The notes below the pieces were generated by a model, which had not been told where the DNA came from, did no database searches, and saw nothing but the letters and a program-made list of their open reading frames with translations. A DNA stretch of 52,898 nt from a virus (Duplodnaviria > Caudoviricetes), in IMG/VR virus record IMGVR_UViG_3300036832_000092, positions 1 to 52,898 of that record. The stretch is one strand, 5' to 3'. The translations under genes were made by a program, and so were the position numbers. Shown piece after piece: positions 37,239 to 45,861 of the stretch. The stretch's first letter is position 1. The number at the start of each line of letters is the position of its first letter.

Positions 37239-37475
37239 ATGGCGTTCGCAATACCAAGAGAGCAATGGAGTAATCCGCCATATGGTGAATGCTTCTATTG
37301 TGAACCAAATCATGGACCATGCCAATCAAGTCACGATGTAGACTTTGAGGTAGACTTTGATTGTTTGGTTGATGGTGAAAGATGGGTTGAGACAGTAACA
37401 CTTTGTCATTGCTGCTTAGCATATGAATTGATAGTATCGCCAGAAGCTATAACAGGATACCGCAGACTAAGATGA
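37239..37475 (+). CDS. Small Cys-rich hypothetical protein
   Basis: CFYC..C..CHCC. Confidence 0.5.
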   Translation: MAFAIPREQWSNPPYGECFYCEPNHGPCQSSHDVDFEVDFDCLVDGERWVETVTLCHCCLAYELIVSPEAITGYRRLR

Positions 37476-37490
37476 CTAGTTGATGGAGCA

Positions 37491-40244
37491 ATGGTGTCAG
37501 AGCAACGCAAGATCGACTGGACGAACCTTGATATAGATGAGGATTGGTTTGACATACGCTCAAATGCTCTGACACCAGAGCTCATACTTGAACTGGCCCG
37601 ACATCGCGGCCTACCTCCCACCCGCATATTGCCAGCAGTGAATGGTGGTATTGGTTGGGATGCTGATACCAAATCATGGGTGTTACCATTGCGTAATATC
37701 CACGGTACAATTCATATGGCTAAACTGTGGAGACCATCAGGCGGCAAATGGATACATGCGGGGCGTGGGTCCGCGATGCGTCGGCAGAAAGATGGTCCTG
37801 TTGGTCGCATATTCGATCTTGGTTGGGTAACGCATAGAGTCTTTGAAGATGAGTCATGGAATACAAGCATGGGCGGTGGCTACCTTTGGGTTACTGCTGG
37901 TGAATGGGATTGTGTGATGCTGCGATGCTTTGGTTGGCTCGCAACTACATCTGTACTTGGTGAAACATCAAAGCCGCAGACCTCAATGCTATTGCGAGAG
38001 TTTGGCGGGGAGGAAGGTGCTGCTGCTCTGTTTGAACGATTGAAGGGCATCGCAGTCTGCTTTGATGTAGATGGGGCAGGCCATGTTGGTGCTGTGCAAT
38101 TTGTAGATGCCTTCACCAAATTGATTGATTCGATTGGAGTTCAATTACCAGTCAAGCCGATTGATCTGCGTGAATTGCCTGGATGGGACCAAAGTGGCAA
38201 GCCATCAGGCTGGGACATTTCTGATCTGATTCGATGGTCGCGCAAAACCAAGGTCAAGATCGGCGATGCACTGCGATCGCTTGCTATCAATGGTGGAAGT
38301 GGCGTTGATGTAGCGCGTGAAATGTTTGACATTGATGATAGCGTATCATCAGCGGTCAATGTAGATGATGTAGTGCGACCAGCAATGCATATGATTGAGC
38401 TTGATGACATCATAGCATTCGGCATCTCATATGCAACCAACAAGACGCAATCGCGTGGTCAAGGCGCATACCATGCCGGTTTGATTGCTCGCAAGAAGGG
38501 CTGGTTGTTCAAGGAGTTTGTGGCTGTTGAAGGCCATCTCAAGTTTGTAGCTGCTTGTGTTGCTACGTTTGGTGAAAATGGACCGAATGGAACTGGGCCA
38601 TTCACCATTGATGAGGCATACTTACATTTCTCACGCGGGTTTGCGAATGCGTCATCTGCTCAGAATGACCTCATGAACGATACGGCAAACGCGCATAGGT
38701 TTGCCCATACCTTCTCATTCCTCAAGTATGTACCTGAGACTAAGGCTTGGCGTTATTGGGATGGCGTCAGATGGTCTAATGGCGATGCTCAAGCGGTTGA
38801 TCATGCGATGCGATTGCCTGACTACATTGACGAAGAGGCAGCACAAATGTATTCAGACAATGAGACGTTAGCCAAATCCTTATACAAATGGGCCAGACGT
38901 TCGCGTTCAATGGCGAGTGTCTTCAATACCCTGCGGGGTGCGCGTGAGTCTACGCTATGTCGTTTGACGAGCGAACTTGGCGAGCAATGGGACAACAATA
39001 CATTGCATGTAGGTACACCACGCGGCGTCTTTGACCTGATGTCTGGTGAATTGCTAGTCGGCATTGCTGCGCGCGACATGTATTGCTCTATGAGCACTCG
39101 CGGTAACATCATGCGCGACAATGCTGAAGGTGTAGCTCGTTGGGGCGACATGTGGGAGAATGGACGGAAGTTCTGGAGCAGTTTACTTGAGCAATGGCAA
39201 GTCAAGGCCCCAGATAGCGCAAATGTCATTACAATGCTGCAACAAATGGGTGGTATGTGTTTGCGCGGCCAATTAGATGAGCGACTGTTCATTCTCAAAG
39301 GTAGTGGGCGATCAGGTAAGTCAACAATGCTAGATGGCATACAAGAAGCACTTGGTGAATATGCATATGAGGCAGCCGGTGATGTCTTTGTCAAAGACAG
39401 GAAGTCTGCGGGTGGGTCGATGCGGCCGGCAGTAATGGCTCAAATGAATTACAAGCGGATGATCAAAGTGACTGAGGTCGGCGGCAAGCAACTTGACGTT
39501 GATGTGCTCAAGCAAATGACAGGTGAGTCATTGTTCACAGGTAAGTTGTTGTATGTAAACCCTGGTGTATCTGTCAACCATGGGACGTACTTCATGATGA
39601 CCAACCACGACATCGACTTACGCGGAGATCAATCAGAGGCATTGCGTGGTCGCTTGCTCATTGTGCCATTTGAGACTTCATTCATAGACATATCTCGCAT
39701 GGGCGAAGATTCCTACAGTTCTGGTATTGCTGACGGATCTGTCCGTGAGCAGCTTGACATCATCAAGTCTCGCGTGCGTGGTCGTGCTGGTTGGGAAGTA
39801 ATGCATGACGTCATTCTCACATGGATGTATGAAGGCTTTTGTGGTTTGCGGGATAATGGCTGGCGCCTTGCCGTTGCTGAGTCGATTCATCATACTACGA
39901 CTGATATGTGGGAAACAACAGATGTACTAGGCTTGTATTGGACAGAAAGTGGTTATTGGGAACGCGCAGCTGCGGGTGAGGCCGGAACAATCGTCAGGTC
40001 TGCCTGGCTTGCCAATAGCGTGTACTCATGGGCTGAAGTGTGGAGCCCAGATCTGCTTGATAAGATTGGCGGTGATAATGCCACAGAGCGTGAGAAAACC
40101 CAAGCGTTGGGCAATTTGCTGAGAACTGCTGGTGCAAGAGGATATGAGAAGACTAAGAAGAAACAATGTCTTGGCAGTAGAGGTGTTCAAGAGAATTGTT
40201 GGAGAGTTCCATGGAATTATGTAGGTCCGGATGTACGAGCTTGA
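37491..40244 (+). CDS. DNA primase-helicase (TOPRIM plus D5/SF3-like helicase)
   Basis: AGEWD and FDVDGAG TOPRIM motifs, WRYWDGVRW, Walker A GSGRSGKST, MMTNH. Confidence 0.9.
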   Translation: MVSEQRKIDWTNLDIDEDWFDIRSNALTPELILELARHRGLPPTRILPAVNGGIGWDADTKSWVLPLRNIHGTIHMAKLWRPSGGKWIHAGRGSAMRRQKDGPVGRIFDLGWVTHRVFEDESWNTSMGGGYLWVTAGEWDCVMLRCFGWLATTSVLGETSKPQTSMLLREFGGEEGAAALFERLKGIAVCFDVDGAGHVGAVQFVDAFTKLIDSIGVQLPVKPIDLRELPGWDQSGKPSGWDISDLIRWSRKTKVKIGDALRSLAINGGSGVDVAREMFDIDDSVSSAVNVDDVVRPAMHMIELDDIIAFGISYATNKTQSRGQGAYHAGLIARKKGWLFKEFVAVEGHLKFVAACVATFGENGPNGTGPFTIDEAYLHFSRGFANASSAQNDLMNDTANAHRFAHTFSFLKYVPETKAWRYWDGVRWSNGDAQAVDHAMRLPDYIDEEAAQMYSDNETLAKSLYKWARRSRSMASVFNTLRGARESTLCRLTSELGEQWDNNTLHVGTPRGVFDLMSGELLVGIAARDMYCSMSTRGNIMRDNAEGVARWGDMWENGRKFWSSLLEQWQVKAPDSANVITMLQQMGGMCLRGQLDERLFILKGSGRSGKSTMLDGIQEALGEYAYEAAGDVFVKDRKSAGGSMRPAVMAQMNYKRMIKVTEVGGKQLDVDVLKQMTGESLFTGKLLYVNPGVSVNHGTYFMMTNHDIDLRGDQSEALRGRLLIVPFETSFIDISRMGEDSYSSGIADGSVREQLDIIKSRVRGRAGWEVMHDVILTWMYEGFCGLRDNGWRLAVAESIHHTTTDMWETTDVLGLYWTESGYWERAAAGEAGTIVRSAWLANSVYSWAEVWSPDLLDKIGGDNATEREKTQALGNLLRTAGARGYEKTKKKQCLGSRGVQENCWRVPWNYVGPDVRA

Positions 40245-40377
40245 TGTGTAGCTTGACTGTGCTTGAACTGCCTGGTTGGCATGCTAAAACACGCAAGATC
40301 CGTTTCGCCCGATTCGAGAGGTAGAGGCGGAAACGTCCATAGAATTGGCGGAAAAGACATATATTCCTGGAGAAAAC

Positions 40378-40615
40378 GAAGATACCAGGCCTGTTTGGAA
40401 TTCATGAAAGCGCTGCTATAGATACGTAAGATACGTGCCTCTTACCCGTTAGTAGAGTTACTCTATGAGTAGTTGGGAAGATGACAGTTGGAAGATCGTT
40501 TAGGAAAATAATCCTTCAGAGAAGTAGGATAGAGGTATCTTACGTATCTTTCAATTTGAAAAGCATGCGATTCAACGTATCTTGCCTGGTATCTTCCGGT
40601 ATCTGACGTATCTTC
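40378..40615. repeat. AGATAC/GTATCT iteron array with nested inverted repeats; putative replication origin
   Basis: 3 AGATAC then 6 GTATCT; perfect inverted repeats 40378-90/40584-96 and 40420-34/40535-49. Confidence 0.65.
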
Positions 40616-40626
40616 GCCAAAGGAGC

Positions 40627-41157
40627 ATGTTCATGCGAGCCAATATCTTTGCTATTGACCCTGGTACAACTACTGGTTGGGCCTATGTCAAAGATGCCGA
40701 CCCGTCGATCATCCCCGCAGGATACTGCGATCTTGAGATTGCGGTCGGTCAAATGTCTGGTGAGGAATATCAACAATCATATGACCTATCTCGCTTGATA
40801 GATCGCTGTTGGCCTTGTGCTATCATCATTGAAGACTTCATCCCAAGGCAGATCAACAAAGAGCGTTGGTTCCTATCGCCAGTACGAGTCACCAATCAAT
40901 TGACAATGCTGCTATGGTTGAAGAATCGTCAATGGATGTTGCAACAACCAGCATTGGCAAAGACAACTGTGCCTGATAGTCAACTCAAAGGCGCGATGCT
41001 GTATAATATTGCGCAACCGCATGCCAACGACGCAACTCGACATGCGCTAACATTCATGCGGCGCATAGCTGCTAAGGGCAAGACTGGTCAACTGCTATAT
41101 GAGGCATTGCTTGAACCCATTGGACTCAACACAATGACTCCCAATGTGTCTGAATAA
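40627..41157 (+). CDS. RuvC-like Holliday junction resolvase
   Basis: AIDPGTTTG, IIEDF, HANDATRH; AAGGAG RBS before ATG 40627. Confidence 0.85.
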   Translation: MFMRANIFAIDPGTTTGWAYVKDADPSIIPAGYCDLEIAVGQMSGEEYQQSYDLSRLIDRCWPCAIIIEDFIPRQINKERWFLSPVRVTNQLTMLLWLKNRQWMLQQPALAKTTVPDSQLKGAMLYNIAQPHANDATRHALTFMRRIAAKGKTGQLLYEALLEPIGLNTMTPNVSE

Positions 41158-41197
41158 CCTGACGAAAAGTGACTGAAATTGACACTAGACCCAACCA

Positions 41198-41794
41198 GTG
41201 TCACGCGAGTATCCTACGTACCAAATGACGAGCAGCGAAGTTGCCCCAATGGCCCCAAGCAAAGCGCTTGGGACGAACACTTATGGCTGCTTGGATCCAA
41301 TTGAGATCACTGGGCTTGATGCCCTGCTTGATGACATCCGGCGCACATACGCGCACGTCATGTGGCTTGAGCACTACATCGCAGAATACCTTGGGCCGCA
41401 TGACCCATTCTCGCTGATTGACCTAGACATGCAGGCAGAGCGAGAGCGCATGCGAGTCGGCAAGCCAACTGTCGTTGGCTCTGTCAAATGGCAACTTGAG
41501 ATGCAACGTCGCAAGCAGATCAACACAAAGCATCAGCGACTCGGCACTCACCCCGCAATTGCGCAACTCATGAATGAGCGCAGACATCTAGCAGATGTCT
41601 CATACAAGGCGATGATTCTGGGCATCAAGCTTGATAGCATTGACTATTCTCGCAAGCAAGCAGACTTGATCATTACCGCAATGGGCAAGTTCGCAATCAC
41701 ACAAGGACTCAAACCAACTGACCCACTTATCGCGCAGGCAATCGTCGATGCGCTTGAAGCTGTCCTCGCTGAACAAAGAGAGAGCGGAGAATGA
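41198..41794 (+). CDS. Hypothetical protein, possible terminase small subunit
   Basis: Two genes upstream of TerL; HPAI..NERRHLA helical pattern. Confidence 0.45.
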   Translation: MSREYPTYQMTSSEVAPMAPSKALGTNTYGCLDPIEITGLDALLDDIRRTYAHVMWLEHYIAEYLGPHDPFSLIDLDMQAERERMRVGKPTVVGSVKWQLEMQRRKQINTKHQRLGTHPAIAQLMNERRHLADVSYKAMILGIKLDSIDYSRKQADLIITAMGKFAITQGLKPTDPLIAQAIVDALEAVLAEQRESGE

Positions 41795-42108
41795 CCATGA
41801 CCGACGAGACCAAGCCAGCCGACACAACGACAGAGCAAGCAAAGCCAGCCAAGCCAGACAACCCACTGCTGCAAGACAACCCAAAGACGCCATGGGATGT
41901 CGTCAACGAGATTGACTGGGGCGACCGCATCGACGACCTCAAGGCAAGCGCTGGTGAGCAGCCCGCGTCTGTGCCGCCTGCCGAGCCGTCACCGTCAAGT
42001 ACGCCAAGTACGCCAAGCACACCAAGCGACACAAGTACAAGCGCAGACAAGCCAGCATCCACAAGCACATCAAGCACAACGAGCACCAAGGCAACGCCGG
42101 CAAGTTGA
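41791..42108 (+). CDS. Low-complexity Ser/Thr/Pro-rich hypothetical protein
   Basis: ATGA overlap; GGAG RBS; CAAG-rich DNA. Confidence 0.55.
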   Translation: MTMTDETKPADTTTEQAKPAKPDNPLLQDNPKTPWDVVNEIDWGDRIDDLKASAGEQPASVPPAEPSPSSTPSTPSTPSDTSTSADKPASTSTSSTTSTKATPAS

Positions 42109-42118
42109 GCTTTGAGCC

Positions 42119-43744
42119 ATGACCAAGACGGTCGTCAGTCATGACCCGCTTGCTGCCTTCAGGCAAGCGTCATTTGCTGCCCGCAAGCAAGCGGTCGTTG
42201 ATGATCCTGTTGGTTGGGCCCGACTCACATTGCCGCACATCACCTTCTGGTCCAAGCAAGTTGAGATCATGGAGGCTGTTGATAAGCATGCGCGCGTTGC
42301 GGTTCGTGCGTGCCACGACTCAAGCAAGTCATTCACGGCAAGCGTGATCGCGAGTCGCTGGATTGATAAGCATCCTGCTGGACAAGCCAGAGTCATTACC
42401 ACTGCGCCGACGAATACTCAAGTGCGCGGCATTCTTTGGGTTGAGATCAATCAACTCCATGAGCGAGCGAAGTTGCCCGGTCGCGTCAATCAGACCGAAT
42501 GGTGGATTGGCTCATACCTAGCAGGCATCGGGCGCAAACCTGCCGACTACAACCCTGCTGCGTTCCAGGGCTTGCACGCAAGATATCCACTTATCATTGT
42601 GGATGAGGCAAGCGGCGTGCCGAGATCCATCATGGAAGCGATTGAGACACTCGCGACAAACGTCAACGCCAAGATCCTTTTGATCGGCAACCCTGACGAT
42701 CCGACGTCATTATTCGCAGAGATACATGCTGATCCTGACAAGTTTGGTTATCACACGATCAAGATCAGCGCGTGGGATACGCCAAACTTCACAAATGAAG
42801 AGGTCAGCCAAGAGCTACATGAGGTCTTACTGAGCAAGCAATGGGTTGAGCAACGGCGCAAAGCATGGGGCGTTGATCACCCGTTCTGGCTCAGCAAGGT
42901 TGAGGCCGAGTTCCCATCCATTGACGTCAATTCGATCATCAAGATACACGATGTTATCGCAGCGAGAGTGCCATTCGCTGAGCGCCCAGAGACGCCCAGC
43001 GACATCGGCGCAACTGGCACCTCATCCCATGCAGACCAGGGCTCATGGGACGAGCCAATGTCAGTTGTATGTGGCGTCGATGTTGCTGGGTCTGAGGATG
43101 GCGATGAGACCGTTATCCGACTCGCCCACACCTCCCCGCAGACGAGTGCAGTAAAGCCATTGACTGAATGGAGAATCAGGACAGCAGACCCTGAATTGCT
43201 TGCCAATTTCATAGTCAATTGCATAACGCTAGCAAAGACATCAACACCAATGCGAGTTATCATAGACTCCATTGGTGTTGGCTTTGGTATTATCGGCTCA
43301 GTCAGAGCGCATGCCAAATTGCCGAATGGCGTGGCGATTGAAGGCTTCAATGGCGCACAATCACCAGACGACAAAGAGCAATACGGCAATGCGCGCGCAG
43401 AGTTGTGGTGGGGCGCACGCTTGCTCTTCCAGAATGGCAAGATCGACACCTCTGATGCAGACAACCTTGAGGAACTTGAAGCGCAATTGGTCGAGCCCAG
43501 GTACAAGATCGTCAAGGGCAAGATATATGTCGAATCAAAGGACGAGATCAACAAGCGCTTGGGTCGATCACCAGACAATGCCGATGCATTCATGTACGCG
43601 TTGTATTCAACGTTGAGCAGTGGAATCATCAAGATCGCTTCGCCACCAATGCAACCAATTGCTCAACAGAACCAAGCGCACTTCACTCAGCGTACAAGTC
43701 AAGCAAGTCGTGCTGCGAGATTGCCCATGCGGAGGTCAGCATAA
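42119..43744 (+). CDS. terL: Terminase large subunit
   Basis: ACHDSSKS (variant Walker A), IVDEA, IGNP, GVDVA, RSPDNADA. Confidence 0.93.
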   Translation: MTKTVVSHDPLAAFRQASFAARKQAVVDDPVGWARLTLPHITFWSKQVEIMEAVDKHARVAVRACHDSSKSFTASVIASRWIDKHPAGQARVITTAPTNTQVRGILWVEINQLHERAKLPGRVNQTEWWIGSYLAGIGRKPADYNPAAFQGLHARYPLIIVDEASGVPRSIMEAIETLATNVNAKILLIGNPDDPTSLFAEIHADPDKFGYHTIKISAWDTPNFTNEEVSQELHEVLLSKQWVEQRRKAWGVDHPFWLSKVEAEFPSIDVNSIIKIHDVIAARVPFAERPETPSDIGATGTSSHADQGSWDEPMSVVCGVDVAGSEDGDETVIRLAHTSPQTSAVKPLTEWRIRTADPELLANFIVNCITLAKTSTPMRVIIDSIGVGFGIIGSVRAHAKLPNGVAIEGFNGAQSPDDKEQYGNARAELWWGARLLFQNGKIDTSDADNLEELEAQLVEPRYKIVKGKIYVESKDEINKRLGRSPDNADAFMYALYSTLSSGIIKIASPPMQPIAQQNQAHFTQRTSQASRAARLPMRRSA

Positions 43745-44214
43745 TGACCGACATCACCGACATGACCAACCAAATGCGAGCAAGCGCATTGCTCACAAGG
43801 GACGTCGACATCTTCCCAGCAAAAGCCACATGGTTGGGCGAGAGCGTCGGCAAGGCGCGAGTCAGATTGACGCGCGACAATGTCCTCAAGATATGGGTTG
43901 AGACGACGACATTTCCACATCGGGCCACATTAGTGGTGAGTACATACATTGACCGTGTATTGACCAATACTGTGGGCGACAACTCAATCATACGGCGCAA
44001 GCAAGTGCTAGCAGTTCAGGCCTACAACGATACCATCTACAGCGTTACGCCATCACCAGGTTGTGGCTGTGGATCAGTGCTCAAGTCGCTGTCAATGAGC
44101 GACATTGCGGGGACAATTTCCCAGCCACTACCTCCAGCCCCGCAAAGAGTGTATGATGATATGCAGGCAGTATTGGCTAATCATTGGCCTGGTGTGCGGG
44201 TGAGTGAGCGATGA
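43744..44214 (+). CDS. Hypothetical protein
   Basis: GGAGG RBS; GCGCGS motif seen in cluster B-like phage proteins. Confidence 0.7.
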   Translation: MTDITDMTNQMRASALLTRDVDIFPAKATWLGESVGKARVRLTRDNVLKIWVETTTFPHRATLVVSTYIDRVLTNTVGDNSIIRRKQVLAVQAYNDTIYSVTPSPGCGCGSVLKSLSMSDIAGTISQPLPPAPQRVYDDMQAVLANHWPGVRVSER

Positions 44215-44217
44215 GCA

Positions 44218-44418
44218 ATGCTGTCTGCATGGCAATGGTTCATAGCAATCAGCCTTGGAGGATTCGGCCTTGGTCTAGGTTTGGTCCTTGGCGCATTCGT
44301 CGCAAGAGGTTTGCGTGGCTACATGACCAATCAACACATGCAGCCGTACTACAAGCGTGAGGAAGATGACGATGACGATGATGACTACAGAGGCCATCAT
44401 AGGCATAGGCACCATTGA
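44218..44418 (+). CDS. Small membrane protein
   Basis: N-terminal TM helix, charged tail. Confidence 0.6.
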   Translation: MLSAWQWFIAISLGGFGLGLGLVLGAFVARGLRGYMTNQHMQPYYKREEDDDDDDDYRGHHRHRHH

Positions 44419-44438
44419 GTAATGGTTGAATTGCTAAC

Positions 44439-44765
44439 ATGCCGACATTACCCGATGTACTCACCACGTCGAATCCTGGCACGGCCACGCTTGTGGTATG
44501 GTTGTTCATCAATGCGTTCGCAGTCGCAAGAATCGCAAGACTCATCGCAATTGATACGATCACTTCTCGACCAAGGCATTTCATCCAACGAAGGTTTGAA
44601 GGTTCCTTGGTGGAATTGGTTACTTGTGTTTGGTGCCTTAGCGTTTGGTTTGCATTGGCGGCTGCGGTACTCACGATTAGTGCGACAACGCGGGGATGGT
44701 GGTTACTTGTGGCCTCAGTACTTGCAATCGCACAATTGGCGGGAATGATCAATGAGGTGGCATAA
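44439..44765 (+). CDS. DUF1360-like membrane protein (possible holin)
   Basis: AVARIARLI..DTI..LVTCVWCLSVW motif; near the lysin. Confidence 0.7.
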   Translation: MPTLPDVLTTSNPGTATLVVWLFINAFAVARIARLIAIDTITSRPRHFIQRRFEGSLVELVTCVWCLSVWFALAAAVLTISATTRGWWLLVASVLAIAQLAGMINEVA

Positions 44766-44942
44766 ATGAGGCATGGCCCAGACGAGCACGAGCAACCAAG
44801 GCATGACGATGACGAGCAAGATCGTCAGCGCAAGAATGATATGTTTGTAGACACTGGAGATTCTGACCTTGAGCGTCCACCAGAATTGCCGGACTTGCCG
44901 GACAACCCGGACAAGATCGACATGCCAGAGGACAACGCCTGA
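44766..44942 (+). CDS. Small acidic hypothetical protein (58 aa, not in ORF track)
   Basis: GAGGTG RBS; TGATG coupling to the lysin. Confidence 0.5.
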   Translation: MRHGPDEHEQPRHDDDEQDRQRKNDMFVDTGDSDLERPPELPDLPDNPDKIDMPEDNA

Positions 44943-45850
44943 TGGCTTACTCACCTGACTCGATCATGGGCGTCTTCAACACGGTGAAGGACGCAATACC
45001 TGAAGCATTGTTGGGTGGTATCTATGGGAATAAGCCTGGATACCACAATTGCCGCAACCAATTGCCAAGCAGCGACTATTCTGTGCAGAAGCCGGATGAT
45101 CAAGTTGGCGATGGTGAAGCGGCAAGTGCGCTTGACATTACCATGCATACGCCATCAAACATGAAGAGGGTCACGCAGCGACTGATTGATGCCACAAAGG
45201 CTGGCGATCCTCGCTTGCTTGGTTTGCGTGAATTCTTTGGTACCGTTGATGGTTACAATGTCACTGGTATGGACGTGCGTGGTGGGTACTACGTCACATC
45301 TGACGATTCGCATTTGTGGCATGTACATTTGTCATTCTATCGCAAGTACGCGACCAACAACAATGCTTGCCAAGACATTGCCGCAGTTTGCACTGGTACG
45401 TCTGGCGGCACTTCGCCCACACCACCCGCAGGAGAAGATGACGTCATGGATTACAACACATCAACGTGCAATGACGATCAGAGCATCAACACCACGTTCA
45501 AGACGCTCAAGACCGGGCAAGGCGCAAACAATGCCGGATGGTACATCTCAGGACCGGCAAAGTTCATTGCTCAAGCATTGATCAATGCCGACGGACTCAA
45601 CCCAGGTGAGCCGTTGCTGGTGCGCTTCTACAGTCAAGACCACAAGGATGGCCAAGACCCAAAGCGCGTATGGACATGGCAGACGCAAGAGATTGTCGGC
45701 ACAACCGTTGATACCAATGGGATTGCCGTGCTGGTCGGTCAAATCGCTGGTGCAGCAAGCGGCTGGGAACGACAGTTGCGCATTGAGGCGCGAGTCGAGA
45801 ATGGCACCGCCAGAATCAAGCAGATGACCATTGCATCATTGTCTCAGTAA
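44942..45850 (+). CDS. Endolysin, M15-like Zn peptidase
   Basis: GYHN..ASALDI..SHLWHVHLS Zn ligands, Pro linker, C-terminal putative binding domain. Confidence 0.75.
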   Translation: MAYSPDSIMGVFNTVKDAIPEALLGGIYGNKPGYHNCRNQLPSSDYSVQKPDDQVGDGEAASALDITMHTPSNMKRVTQRLIDATKAGDPRLLGLREFFGTVDGYNVTGMDVRGGYYVTSDDSHLWHVHLSFYRKYATNNNACQDIAAVCTGTSGGTSPTPPAGEDDVMDYNTSTCNDDQSINTTFKTLKTGQGANNAGWYISGPAKFIAQALINADGLNPGEPLLVRFYSQDHKDGQDPKRVWTWQTQEIVGTTVDTNGIAVLVGQIAGAASGWERQLRIEARVENGTARIKQMTIASLSQ

Positions 45851-45861
45851 GGCATCAAACC

